From: Burkholderiales bacterium
GTDB taxonomy: Bacteria > Pseudomonadota > Gammaproteobacteria > Burkholderiales > Burkholderiaceae_C
DNA: 64,000 nt
Assembly: GCA_043738425.1 (NCBI GenBank)
Contig: JAYUGJ010000121.1
Span: forward strand, 36,896-100,895
Direction of reading: 5' to 3'
Both the position numbers and the translations under genes were made by a program. Shown in pieces: positions 37,691 through 53,662 of the stretch. Under the pieces are notes generated by a model. That model had not been told where the DNA came from. It was given only the letters and a program-made list of their open reading frames with translations, and searched no databases. Position 1 is the first letter of the stretch, and each line of letters opens with the position of its first letter.

Positions 37691-39145
37691 ATGTCTTTCG
37701 ATTTGGTGTTTTTCGGTGGCACCGGCGACCTCACCTGGCGCAAGCTGATGCCTGCGTTGTTCCAGGCGTTTCGCCACGGCAAGCTGCCACCGGGCGGGCG
37801 CATCTTGTCGGTCGCACGCGATGAGCAAACCGACGACCAGTACCGCGCGTGGCTGAAAGAACGCTTTCGCGGCGTCGAAGATTGCAAGCGCCCGACCGAC
37901 GACGAGTTCGCGCGCTTCGCCGAGCTGCTGCACTACCGCCGCATGGACTTGTCGCAGCCCGCGCACTACGCCGGCCTCAGCCAGTGGATCAACGAACGCA
38001 ACGCCGACATCGCGGTGCTGTACCTGGCGACCAGCCCGCACCTGTTTCCACAAATTTGCGCGCAGCTCGGCGCAGTGGGCCTGAACGGCGCGAAGGTGCG
38101 CGTCGTGCTGGAAAAACCGCTGGGCCACGACCTCGCCAGCGCGCAAGAAATCAACCGCGTGGTGCGCGCGTCGTTCAGTGAAACGCAGGCGTTTCGCATC
38201 GACCACTACCTCGGTAAGCCATCGGTGCAAAACCTGATGGCGTTGCGCTTCGGCAATGCGCTGTTCGAGCCGCTGTGGCGGCGCGAAAGCATCGCCAACA
38301 TCCAAATCACGCTGGCCGAAGACATCGGCGTGGGCACGCGCGGAGAGTTCTACAACCGCACCGGCACGCTGCGCGACATGGTGCAAAACCACGCGCTGCA
38401 GTTGCTCAGCATGGTGGCGATGGAGCCGCCGTCGCGCTTCGATGCCGATGCCATTCGGGACGAAAAACTGAAGGTACTGCGCTCGCTCAAACCGTTCACC
38501 GACGACAGCGTGGCGCGCGACGTGGTGCGTGGCCAGTACCGCGCAGGCAACGTGGCGGGGCAAATGGTCGCGGCCTACACCGACGAGCTGAAAGTGCCGC
38601 CCGACAGCCGCTGCGAAACCTTCGTGGCGCTGCGCACCGAAGTGCAAAACTGGCGCTGGGCGGGGGTGCCGTTTTATCTGCGCACCGGCAAGCGGTTGCC
38701 CGCACGCGATGCGCAGATCGTCGTGAACTTTCGACCCGCGCCGCACAGCATTTTTCCGGGCGTGAACCCACCGAACAAGCTGGTCATCAAGCTGCAACCC
38801 GGCGATGGACTGGAGCTGCACATGCTGGCCGCCAAAGGCACCGGGCAAAGTGAGGCGCTGACCGCGGTGTCGCTCGACCTCGACTTCGACAAGACGTTTC
38901 CCGAAACGCGCATCGGCGCCTACGAACGGTTGCTGCTCGACGCCATCGCGGGCCGGCTGAATTTATTCGTGCGCAGTGATGAGCAAGAGCAGGCCTGGGC
39001 CTGGGTCGAGCCGGTGCTGCATGCCTGGCAGCGCGACAACGAAGCCGGTGGCGCGCCCCGCGGCTACACCGCAGGCACCTGGGGCCCGGCAGCGGCCAGC
39101 GCCTTGGTGGCCCGCGACGGCTTCACCTGGTCCGAGGAACAGTAA
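37691..39145 (+). CDS. zwf: glucose-6-phosphate 1-dehydrogenase
   Basis: The internal ATG at 37691 gives MSFDLVFFGGTGDLTWRKLMPAL. The active-site block is RIDHYLGK. Confidence 0.95.
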   Translation: MSFDLVFFGGTGDLTWRKLMPALFQAFRHGKLPPGGRILSVARDEQTDDQYRAWLKERFRGVEDCKRPTDDEFARFAELLHYRRMDLSQPAHYAGLSQWINERNADIAVLYLATSPHLFPQICAQLGAVGLNGAKVRVVLEKPLGHDLASAQEINRVVRASFSETQAFRIDHYLGKPSVQNLMALRFGNALFEPLWRRESIANIQITLAEDIGVGTRGEFYNRTGTLRDMVQNHALQLLSMVAMEPPSRFDADAIRDEKLKVLRSLKPFTDDSVARDVVRGQYRAGNVAGQMVAAYTDELKVPPDSRCETFVALRTEVQNWRWAGVPFYLRTGKRLPARDAQIVVNFRPAPHSIFPGVNPPNKLVIKLQPGDGLELHMLAAKGTGQSEALTAVSLDLDFDKTFPETRIGAYERLLLDAIAGRLNLFVRSDEQEQAWAWVEPVLHAWQRDNEAGGAPRGYTAGTWGPAAASALVARDGFTWSEEQ

Positions 39146-39225
39146 CGGGGCCCACATAAGCGCTGTGAGGCAGCGGGAGGGCGGGCAAACGGTCAGGTCG
39201 GGCAACCGGACCAGGGGCAGTGTGT

Positions 39226-39528
39226 TTACGCCGGGGTCAGGTCTACAGCGGCATCATCCGCCGCAATGCCCAACAGCGCGGCCACGCCGTAGACCCGCGC
39301 CAACTGGTTCAAGCGCGGCGGCGAGGCACGCAGCGCGAAAGTACGGCCCGACGCTTGCGCCACGCGGCGGCATTCCAACAGCACCGCCAGCGCCGACGAA
39401 TCAAACTGCTGCAAGCCCGCAGCATCGATCAACAGCTGATCGGCTGGCTCACGTGCCAGCGCTTGATTCAACATGCGCAGCACGTCCTTCGCTTCAGCGA
39501 AACCGATGGTGGAAGGCAGCAGCAACAT
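39226..39528 (-). CDS. mlaB: STAS-domain protein (MlaB-like)
   Basis: 100 aa from the internal ATG at 39528. The STAS-like block is LLIDAAGLQQFDSSALAVLLECRRVA. It is the last gene of the mla cluster. Confidence 0.65.
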   Translation of the reverse strand: MLLLPSTIGFAEAKDVLRMLNQALAREPADQLLIDAAGLQQFDSSALAVLLECRRVAQASGRTFALRASPPRLNQLARVYGVAALLGIAADDAAVDLTPA

Positions 39529-39575
39529 GGGCGGAGGGTGGCAATTCAGCGCGTCAGCTCGGCACGTCGGGTCAG

Positions 39576-40484
39576 TTACTTGGCAGCCGCCGATTTCATG
39601 CCGGCGGTCTTGTTGCGCTCGGTCAGTTTGGCGATCAGGCCGTCGATTCCGTTGGCGGTGATCTCTTGCGCGAAGCTGTTGCGGTAGTTTTCGACCAGCC
39701 AGACGCCGAGCACATTGACGTCGTAGATTTTCCAACCGGTGTCGAGCTTTTCCATCCGGTAGTCGAGTTGCACCGGGTCGCCCTTGCCGCGCACTTCACT
39801 GCGCACGATGACTTCATTGCCTTCCGGTGCGGTGCGCGATGGCTTGACCTTCACCGTCTGGTCTTTTACCTGCGACAACGAACCGGCATAGGTGCGCATC
39901 AACAGCGTTTTGAATTCGGCCTCGAGGCGGGCTTGCTGCTCGGGCGTGGCCTGCCGCCAATAGCGGCCGACGGCCGACGAGGTCATGCGCTGGAAATGCA
40001 CATGGGGCATCACGCGCTCATTGACCACGGCCATGATTTTTTTGGTGTCACCGGCCTGCAGTGATTTGTCGGCCTTGACCGCTGCCAGCATCTCGTCAGA
40101 CAGCCGGGTGATCAGGTCGTCGGGCGACAGCGCCGCGGTGCTGGCGGTGTCGATTTTCGGTACGTCGGCTTTGACTGCCTCGGCCTTCGCGGGCTCGGCT
40201 TTCACGCCTTCTGCCACGGCGATATCGGCTTTCGCTACTTCTGTTTTCGCGCCCTCGGCCCTGACCGGATCGCCCTTGACCACGGCTGCCGTGGCAGCAG
40301 CGGCTGCGCCCACCGCCACCGCGGTTTTTGCCGCACCAGGCTTGGCCGAGGCGGTTTTGCCAACACCCGCTTTAGCGGCTGCGTGCTTTGCCGTGGCGGT
40401 GCTCGGTGCTTCGGCGTGCGATGCAGTGGCGGCCACAGCGAGCAAACCGGCGCACACGATGGCAAGGTGATTTGTCTGGGTCAT
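39576..40484 (-). CDS. mlaC: phospholipid-binding periplasmic protein MlaC (Ttg2D family) with a long Ala/Lys-rich linker
   Basis: The internal ATG at 40484 gives a signal peptide ending ASHAEA. The C-terminal Ttg2D-like blocks are FQRMTSSAVGRYWRQATPEQQ, FKTLLMRTYA and WKIYDVNVLGVWLVENYR. Confidence 0.8.
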   Translation of the reverse strand: MTQTNHLAIVCAGLLAVAATASHAEAPSTATAKHAAAKAGVGKTASAKPGAAKTAVAVGAAAAATAAVVKGDPVRAEGAKTEVAKADIAVAEGVKAEPAKAEAVKADVPKIDTASTAALSPDDLITRLSDEMLAAVKADKSLQAGDTKKIMAVVNERVMPHVHFQRMTSSAVGRYWRQATPEQQARLEAEFKTLLMRTYAGSLSQVKDQTVKVKPSRTAPEGNEVIVRSEVRGKGDPVQLDYRMEKLDTGWKIYDVNVLGVWLVENYRNSFAQEITANGIDGLIAKLTERNKTAGMKSAAAK

Positions 40485-40608
40485 CTCGAAAATTCCTTTG
40501 GCAATGACGTGCCTCGCGGCGCGGTCTGGGGACGAACGGTTAGGAGGCTGCACTGGCCCGAAAGTTCGACGGCGTTACGTTGCAACCGTGGCCCGGAAGG
40601 CCGCGCGA

Positions 40609-41391
40609 TTACCGCAACACCGACGGTGCGACCGACGGCACCACGGGCTCGGCGGCTTCGGGTACCGGCGGCGGGTTGCCGTCGTACACCAGGCTGCGGC
40701 GGCGCTGCAGGTAGCCGTCGCGCACGAAGGTGTACTTGTCGAGCACCACATCGTCGAGCAAGCCGGTGGCGTTCATTACATTGGCGCGCACGTTGATCAA
40801 GTTCAATGTCGACACACCCAACGCGGCACCCGTGTCGTTGGTCCACGCACCCGGCGTGGCCGCGATGTCCAACGGCAAGCCGAACGAGTCACGCACGCTC
40901 GATGGGCCGAGCAGTGGCCAAACGACATACGGGCCAGCGCCGACGCCCCACGCACCCAAGGTTTGGCCGAAGTCTTCGTTGTAGCGATCCATGCGCAGCT
41001 CGGTGGCCCAGTCCATCAACCCGCCGACACCCAGGATCGTGTTCGTGGTCACCCGCATCGCGCCGCTCAGGCCGTCGCCTACCTTGCCTTGCAGCAAACT
41101 GTTGACCGCCGACCAGGCATCTTTGAAGTTGTTGAAAAAGTTGGTCACGCCGGTGCGCGCCATCGTGGGCATGACGTTGGCGTAACCGGTGGCGACCGGC
41201 TTGATCACCGCCTGGTCCAGGCCTTCGTTGAACGCATATACCTTGCGGTTCCAAGGCTCGATCGGGTCAGCGGCCGACGGTGCCATGCCGGTGGCCGGCG
41301 CAGCACAACCCTGTATCGCCACCACCAAGCCGACACCCGCTGCCATGCCCAACCGACTTCGCCAACCCACCACCCGGAACTGCAACTTCAT
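40609..41391 (-). CDS. mlaA: MlaA/VacJ family lipoprotein
   Basis: It has the lipobox AIQGC. Blocks are DPIEPWNRKVYAFN, NNFKDAW and VVWPLLGPSSVRD. Confidence 0.85.
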   Translation of the reverse strand: MKLQFRVVGWRSRLGMAAGVGLVVAIQGCAAPATGMAPSAADPIEPWNRKVYAFNEGLDQAVIKPVATGYANVMPTMARTGVTNFFNNFKDAWSAVNSLLQGKVGDGLSGAMRVTTNTILGVGGLMDWATELRMDRYNEDFGQTLGAWGVGAGPYVVWPLLGPSSVRDSFGLPLDIAATPGAWTNDTGAALGVSTLNLINVRANVMNATGLLDDVVLDKYTFVRDGYLQRRRSLVYDGNPPPVPEAAEPVVPSVAPSVLR

Positions 41392-41888
41392 TTTTTTGCT
41401 CCTGCCGCGGCACCGGCCGCCGGCGCCCCTTCGGACGCCTTGTTGAATAAAAACTGACTGATCAAATTTTCCAGCACCACCGCCGATTGGGTCGAGGTAA
41501 TGACGTCACCGGCTGCCAGATTTTTCTCGTTACCGCCGGGTTCGATACCGATGTATTGCTCACCCAACAGTCCGGCCGTCAAAATTTTGGCCGAGCTGTC
41601 TTTCGGAAACAGAAAACCCTGCTGCAGCTGCAGCGTGACGTCGGCCTGGAATGTTTTGTCGTTGAAGGCGATGGCGTCGACCCTGCCAACCACCACGCCT
41701 GCACTTTTGACCGCTGCACGCGGCTTCAGGCCGCCGATGTTGTCGAAGCGCGCGACCACGCCGTAGGTGGTGTCGAAATTCAGGGTCAGCAAGTTGCCCG
41801 CCTTCAGCGCTAAAAACAGCAGCGCGGCCGCACCGACCATGACGAACAAACCGACCCACACATCGTGACGAGATTGCTGCATGGTCAT
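41388..41888 (-). CDS. mlaD: outer membrane lipid asymmetry maintenance protein MlaD (MCE domain)
   Basis: It has an N-terminal TM helix (VWVGLFVMVGAAALLFLAL). The MCE block is GLKPRAAVKSAGVVVGRV. Confidence 0.9.
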   Translation of the reverse strand: MTMQQSRHDVWVGLFVMVGAAALLFLALKAGNLLTLNFDTTYGVVARFDNIGGLKPRAAVKSAGVVVGRVDAIAFNDKTFQADVTLQLQQGFLFPKDSSAKILTAGLLGEQYIGIEPGGNEKNLAAGDVITSTQSAVVLENLISQFLFNKASEGAPAAGAAAGAKK

Positions 41889-41928
41889 TCCCCTGGCGTG
41901 TTGAGAGCGGCGTCGCGGTGCGCACGCA

Positions 41929-42711
41929 TCAGATTGAAAACATCATGGCGGTGAGTACGAAGTCGAGTGCCAGCACCGACAACGACGACACCACCACCGT
42001 GCGGGTGGTGGCCTGCGACACGCCTTCAGGCGTCGGCTTGCAGTTGTACCCCTGCCACAAAGCGATGAACGTCACGGTGACGCCGAAGACGAAACTTTTG
42101 ATCGCGCCGTTGCCCACGTCCGACCACCAGTTGACGCCGCCTTGCATTTGCGACCAGAACGCACCCGCGTCGATGCCCAGCAACAACACCGCCACCAGCC
42201 AGCCGCCGAACACCCCGACCGCGCTGAACACCGCGGCAAGCAACGGCATCGAAATGACACCGGCCAAAAACCGCGGTGCCAGCACGCGCTGCACCGGGTC
42301 GACCGCCATCATTTCCATCGCGGTGAGTTGCTCGCCGGCTTTCATCAAACCGATCTCGGCCGTCAACGAGGTGCCGGCGCGCCCGGCGAACAACAACGCG
42401 GTGGTCACCGGGCCGAGTTCACGCACTAGCGACAACGCGACCAACAGGCCCACCGCTTCGGCCGCACCGTAGCGCTGCAAGGTGTAGTAGCCCTGCAGCG
42501 CCAGCACGAAGCCGACGAACAGGCCCGACACCGTGATGATCGACATCGACCGGTTGCCGACGAAAAAAGTTTGCTCGATGACCAATGAAAAGCGCTTCAG
42601 CCCGGCCGGGATCAACACCAGCAAGCGGCCGAACAACCGTGCCGACGCACCAAAGCTGGCCAGCTGTCCCAAGGTGGCCCGCCCCACCGCGGCGGGGTGG
42701 AACCAGTTCAT
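41929..42711 (-). CDS. mlaE: ABC transporter permease MlaE
   Basis: 260 aa. The family block is LVRELGPVTTALLFAGRAGTSLTAEIGLMK. Confidence 0.9.
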   Translation of the reverse strand: MNWFHPAAVGRATLGQLASFGASARLFGRLLVLIPAGLKRFSLVIEQTFFVGNRSMSIITVSGLFVGFVLALQGYYTLQRYGAAEAVGLLVALSLVRELGPVTTALLFAGRAGTSLTAEIGLMKAGEQLTAMEMMAVDPVQRVLAPRFLAGVISMPLLAAVFSAVGVFGGWLVAVLLLGIDAGAFWSQMQGGVNWWSDVGNGAIKSFVFGVTVTFIALWQGYNCKPTPEGVSQATTRTVVVSSLSVLALDFVLTAMMFSI

Positions 42712-43568
42712 GGCTTGCTCACCACGCCGTAATCCTCGGCCACCGACACGCCCGGGTAATGGAAGCGCACCGGGCCGTCGGGCGACGCGGTGAAAAACTG
42801 GCGCACCAGCGGGTCGGTGCTGGCGCGGATTTGCGCCGGGGTGCCTTGCGCCGCCACGCGGCCGTTGGCCATAAAGATGACATGGTGCGCAATCGCGAAG
42901 GTTTCTTCCACGTCGTGCGACACCACGAGGCTGGTCACGCCCAGCGCCTGGCTCAAGTCACGGATCAGGCGCGATGCGCTGCCGAGCGAGATCGGGTCGA
43001 GGCCGGCAAACGGCTCGTCGTACATGATCAAGTCGGGGTCGAGCGCAATCGCGCGTGCCAGCGCGACCCGCCGCGCCATGCCGCCCGACACCTCCGACGG
43101 CATCAAGTCGCGCGCCCCGCGCAGGCCCACCGCGTCGAGCTTCATCAGCACCACGTCGCGGATCATCGCGGCGCTCAAGTTGGTGTGTTCACGCAGCGGA
43201 AACGCCACGTTCTCGAACACCGTCAAATCAGTGAACAGCGCGCCGAACTGAAACAACATGCCCATGCGGCGGCGCATTTTGTAGAGCCCGTCGTGGTCCA
43301 GCGTGGCGAGGTCGGTACCGTCGAACAAAACCTGCCCGCCCATCGGGTCGAGCTGCCGACCGATCAAGCGCAACAGCGTGGTTTTGCCGCCGCCCGACGT
43401 GCCCATCAACCCGATGACCTTGCCGCGCGGCAACTCGACGTTGATGTCGCTCAGGATCACCTTGTCGCCGTAACCACAGCTCACGCCGCGCATCGACACC
43501 AGCGCTGGGGCGGCGTTGGCGGCTGCGGCGGGCGGTGCAGAAATGGAGGTGTCGGGCGCGGTGGTCAT
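42708..43568 (-). CDS. mlaF: ABC transporter ATP-binding protein MlaF
   Basis: It has Walker A (GLMGTSGGGKTT), the signature VSGGMARRV and Walker B (LIMYDEPF). The start is uncertain: ATG 43568 or ATG 43601. Confidence 0.9.
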   Translation of the reverse strand: MTTAPDTSISAPPAAAANAAPALVSMRGVSCGYGDKVILSDINVELPRGKVIGLMGTSGGGKTTLLRLIGRQLDPMGGQVLFDGTDLATLDHDGLYKMRRRMGMLFQFGALFTDLTVFENVAFPLREHTNLSAAMIRDVVLMKLDAVGLRGARDLMPSEVSGGMARRVALARAIALDPDLIMYDEPFAGLDPISLGSASRLIRDLSQALGVTSLVVSHDVEETFAIAHHVIFMANGRVAAQGTPAQIRASTDPLVRQFFTASPDGPVRFHYPGVSVAEDYGVVSKP

Positions 43569-43688
43569 AAGGCAGCAGGCCGCCAGCGCACGGGTGCGCA
43601 TGACGGCCGCGGATCATAGGCGATGCACCCCGCAGGTCGAGCCACGCACTGGCAGGCCCACCTGCCAGTGCGTGCGCGCGGTTTCGGG

Positions 43689-45179
<1,491 letters not shown>

Positions 45180-45241
45180 GACGATTTACTTCCTGATGGC
45201 TGAATAACGGGTTGATGCGGACGCTGCGGCTTTTGACGCGC

Positions 45242-50146
<4,905 letters not shown>

Positions 50147-50388
50147 GGCGAGCTCCGGGTAAAAAGCAACCGCCGGAGCCTAAAGCACCGAGGGTTTCGC
50201 CTCAAGACTTTTTAAGTGGGGTCAGACACTTTTACAGCCACCGCGGCCCAGTGCGCTATTTAAATGGGGCCATACCAAAGCGCCGGCCTCCCCAAAATCG
50301 GGCGTGAACCCCGTGCCGTGGAGGCAGTAGCCGTGCGCAGTTGGCACCGCCGCCGCCCATTGGCACCCATTCGCACCGCGCGGTGCGG

Positions 50389-51150
50389 CTAGCGCACCAG
50401 CGCAGGTCGCCCACGCCGCGCCGGTGCGGGTCGGCGACCAGACCGCGCACCGATATCGGCCATGAATGCGGCCGATCCCAGCGCCCAACCCTTGCCCACC
50501 GTAGCCTCGATTTTTTGAATTTCCGCCGCGGTGAGGGGACATTCCAGTCGCCGCCGATAGGCCGCCTCGCGCTCGAACGGCGTGTTGCCCAGCGCCCAAT
50601 AGGCTGAGCCGGTCGGCATCGGTGCCAGCCAGCCGTCGCCTGCGACCGGCTCGCTGCCGCTGTGGTCACCGCTGCCACTGCTGGTTCGGGTGCCGGTTGC
50701 GTTGCGCAGCCCCGCGTGGTGGCGCGCACTCGACCATGGGTGGTCGGTGGCGGCGACGTGCAGCCCGGCGCGCACCGGCGCTTGCTCCAGGTACACCACG
50801 CAGTCCATGAGGTGCGTGACTGCCTCGACCGGAGCGGCCGTGAACCGGCCTTGCCACAGCGCGCCCGATCGGCCGTGCTTGCGATTGAACGGCCCCACGT
50901 ACTGCCGCGCCAGCGCCTGCATCAGCGGCCCCAGCGCGTCGGCCTGCTCGGGCAGCACCACCAACTGCACCTGCTGATCGAGCAACGCATACGCCACCAC
51001 CGCCACCCGCTGCGCCGCGCTGCAAGTGCGCAGCGCAGCCATGAAAGCGCGCCGGTCGGCCGCATCGGCAAACGCCGACCCGCCCGACACCACCTGCTGC
51101 GACAGGTAATGCGCCACTCCAGGCACCACCAACCGCTTAAGCCGCGCCAT
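50389..51150 (-). CDS. IS200/RAYT-like Y1 (HUH-superfamily) transposase homolog, probably an inactivated derivative
   Basis: The internal ATG at 51150 is used. It shows family-typical collinear blocks: RLVVPGVAHYLSQQ, FNRKHGRSGALWQGRF, VVYLEQAPVRAGL, HPWSSARHHAG and YWALGNTPFEREAAYRRRL. The position expected to hold HxH reads QVQ. Confidence 0.65.
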   Translation of the reverse strand: MARLKRLVVPGVAHYLSQQVVSGGSAFADAADRRAFMAALRTCSAAQRVAVVAYALLDQQVQLVVLPEQADALGPLMQALARQYVGPFNRKHGRSGALWQGRFTAAPVEAVTHLMDCVVYLEQAPVRAGLHVAATDHPWSSARHHAGLRNATGTRTSSGSGDHSGSEPVAGDGWLAPMPTGSAYWALGNTPFEREAAYRRRLECPLTAAEIQKIEATVGKGWALGSAAFMADIGARSGRRPAPARRGRPALVR

Positions 51151-51370
51151 GCCATGCCGATAAGCCGACGATGCAGCGCTGCAATTCAATTTCAACGGTG
51201 ACTTCAACGTCAACCACGGCCGACCTGGGTTTGCGCGTGGGCCCCGGCCTGCGCGCCGCCGGCGGCATGCACCTCGACGCCCGCGTGGCGCAGCGCGACG
51301 TGTGCACCGTCCGCGCACCGACCAGCCCGGGCTGCTGGTTCAACCGCATCTGACCTGAGTAGTAACTGCC

Positions 51371-51916
51371 ATGCATCTGCACACCCACTGGTTGTCATCC
51401 GATTTTTCACCGTTTCGAGCGCCGTCGCGGCGCAACGGCAGCCGCATCAGCGACGGCTTCACTTTGATCGAAGTGATGATCGCGGTGGCCATCATCGGCA
51501 TCTTGGCGGCGGTGGCGCTGCCGAGCTACAGCGATTACGTATTGCGCGGCAAACTGGTCGACGCGCCGACGCTGCTGGCCGCCGGCCGCGACGACATGGA
51601 GCGGTTCTACCAAGACAACCGCACCTACGCGAACCTGAGCCCCAGCCCCGGCTTTGGCGCCTCCGTCGAAGCACCGCCCTGCGCCACCACCGCCGCCACC
51701 CGCCAGGGCGACTTCACGCTGACCTGCACCGTCGGCGGCATTCCCTTCGGCAGCACCTACACCCTGACCGCCACCGGCTCGAACACCACCGCCAGCTTTG
51801 CCTACACGGTCAATCAGTTCAATGCCCGCACCACCACCATCAGCAGCGGGCCAGCGGGTTGGGCCACACCGAGCCCCAACACCTGCTGGCTGCTGAAAAA
51901 AGGCCAGCCGTGTTGA
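51371..51916 (+). CDS. pilE: type IV pilin, PilE-like (paralog 1)
   Basis: It has the prepilin cleavage/methylation motif G|[28 protein letters not shown] and a C-terminal Cys pair (PNTCWLLKKGQPC). The leader from the ATG is unusually long at 29 aa. Confidence 0.8.
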   Translation: MHLHTHWLSSDFSPFRAPSRRNGSRISDGFTLIEVMIAVAIIGILAAVALPSYSDYVLRGKLVDAPTLLAAGRDDMERFYQDNRTYANLSPSPGFGASVEAPPCATTAATRQGDFTLTCTVGGIPFGSTYTLTATGSNTTASFAYTVNQFNARTTTISSGPAGWATPSPNTCWLLKKGQPC

Positions 51917-52181
51917 GCTGCATCGGGTGCGCGCAAGCCATGCAGCCGTGGGTTGCAGTGCGCTGGCAGCGGCCCGCCCGGGCCTGGGCCGCGGGCTGCA
52001 CGTACGGCAATTCGAGAACTATGCACGCCGCGCGCACCGCCGGTCGCGGCAGTTGAACCGCCCGCCGGATGCCCATGGTGCGTTGCGCAGCGGCGCGGCT
52101 AGCCTGCGCGGCATGGTCGAAAACCGCAGGTGTTTTTGACACCCTCCAGCTCGATCACCACGCCCAACCCACTGCTTGTTC

Positions 52182-52958
52182 ATGAATGCCCCCACCATAT
52201 CCGCCGACGCTGCTGTATTCACCGTCATGTCTACCGCCGCCGACACCGAGCCCAATGACCGCGCCCAGCGCGCCTTGGTCGATGCCAAGCGCGCGCGGTT
52301 GGTGGCCAGCGTGGCGGTGGCGGTGTCGCTGAACCTGGCCGCTATCGGCGTGCTGGCCGGGGTCGTATCCGATTGGCAATCGTCTCCACGCAAAGCGCCA
52401 GCACACCCGCGTGTCACCGTCGTGCGGGCACTGGCCGCGCCCACGGCGAGCACTGCGGCGCGGTCGATTCCGGTGTCATCACCGCCGCTGCCATTTCCCC
52501 CACCGGCTGACGCGACGCCCGCACCAGCGGTGCCGCCAGCCGAAGCCGTGCCAGCGCCGATGGCCGCGGGCGAAAGCGATGCGAGTCAACCGAACACCCA
52601 GCAAGGCGCCGCGAAGCAAACCGCCGACACCGACACGCTCGGTGCCGCCGACCACGCGGTGCGCTTTTACCGAACCGCCGAGGTCGACCACCCGGCCGAG
52701 CCCGAAGGCGACTCGGACTGGAACCTCGACACCGCCGCGCTCGACTCGGCCGGCCTGCACCGCCTGGTGTTCGAAGTGCAAGTCAGCCGCGACGGCGACA
52801 TCATCGACTGCACGATTGTTGAACCGCAGCCGTTGGCGCGCGACATCAAACTGCGGCTGGAAACCCGCATGCGCACCGGCAAGCTCAAGCCCGCCATGCG
52901 CCAAGGCGTAGCAGTAGCCAGCACGCGAAAAATTGAGCTGTCGGTGGAGGGGCCGTGA
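52182..52958 (+). CDS. hypothetical membrane protein with TonB-like architecture (TM helix, Pro-rich linker, TonB_C-like C-terminal domain)
   Basis: It has one TM helix ([23 protein letters not shown]) and a Pro-rich segment ([30 protein letters not shown]). The C-terminal pattern is [20 protein letters not shown]...[21 protein letters not shown], and GC3 is high. The start may be TTG 52176, ATG 52182 or a later ATG. Confidence 0.45.
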   Translation: MNAPTISADAAVFTVMSTAADTEPNDRAQRALVDAKRARLVASVAVAVSLNLAAIGVLAGVVSDWQSSPRKAPAHPRVTVVRALAAPTASTAARSIPVSSPPLPFPPPADATPAPAVPPAEAVPAPMAAGESDASQPNTQQGAAKQTADTDTLGAADHAVRFYRTAEVDHPAEPEGDSDWNLDTAALDSAGLHRLVFEVQVSRDGDIIDCTIVEPQPLARDIKLRLETRMRTGKLKPAMRQGVAVASTRKIELSVEGP

Positions 52959-53122
52959 ATTTACCACACCTCGACATCGCGGGCACCACACGCCGCACCG
53001 CCCATCAGCCACAGCGCGCCGCCCATCGAACGCCGGCCGAAAAGCGTGCAGTTTTCCTGGTGTCTACACACCTGACCCTCGAAACTCATTTCAAACCACA
53101 CCAGCAATCGGCAGCGAACCCC

Positions 53123-53662
53123 ATGTACCCACACCCCCATTTGTCGCCACCGCAGCCATCGCCCACGCAGCGCCAAACGCGTGGCTTCACGCTGATCGAA
53201 GTCATGATCACCGTCGCCATCATCGGCATCCTGGCGGCGATCGCGCTGCCGAGCTACACCGAATACATACGGCGCGGTCGGCTGGTTGATGCCACCAATT
53301 TGTTGGCAGGTGGGCGCGCCAACATGGAGCGGTACTTCCAAGACAACCGCACCTACGCAAGCGTCGTTGTCGGCGCCACCACCATCAACCCGCCGTGCAA
53401 CGCAGCGATACCGGTTGCCCAGCGAACGCAGGGCGACTTCGTTCTCAGCTGCGCACCGGTCGTGGTCACCGACCCTGCCGCACCAACGGCCACCACCTAC
53501 ACGCTCACCGCAACCGGCTCGAACACTACCGCCGCGTTCGCATACCGCGTCGACCAGTTCGACCAGCGCAGCACCAAGCTGACCAGCCCACCGGCCGGTT
53601 ACGTCGAGCCGATTGCGAGCCTGAACACCTGCTGGATTTTGAAAAAGGGGCAAGTGTGTTGA
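53123..53662 (+). CDS. pilE: type IV pilin, PilE-like (paralog 2)
   Basis: The internal ATG at 53123 is used. It has the motif TRG|[28 protein letters not shown] and the C-terminal block [12 protein letters not shown]. It is collinear with paralog 1, with a divergent central region. Confidence 0.8.
   Translation: MYPHPHLSPPQPSPTQRQTRGFTLIEVMITVAIIGILAAIALPSYTEYIRRGRLVDATNLLAGGRANMERYFQDNRTYASVVVGATTINPPCNAAIPVAQRTQGDFVLSCAPVVVTDPAAPTATTYTLTATGSNTTAAFAYRVDQFDQRSTKLTSPPAGYVEPIASLNTCWILKKGQVC

Noticed and set aside
39226-43601. The Mla cluster as something unusual, because vacJ/mlaA is inside the operon and ibaG-murA are 9 kb away.
   Set aside because: As far as I recall, mlaFED-mlaA-mlaC-mlaB next to gltBD is the common betaproteobacterial arrangement, as is ABC2-bolA-murA-hisG. 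It is ordinary synteny, not a novelty.
51300-53122. Sigma54-type promoters (TGGCAC-N5-TTGC) upstream of the two pilin genes, as for many pilA genes.
   Set aside because: The only GG/GC candidates (TGGTTCAACCGC before 51371 and TGGTGTCTACACACC before 53123) have the wrong GG-to-GC spacing or lack the TTGC element.
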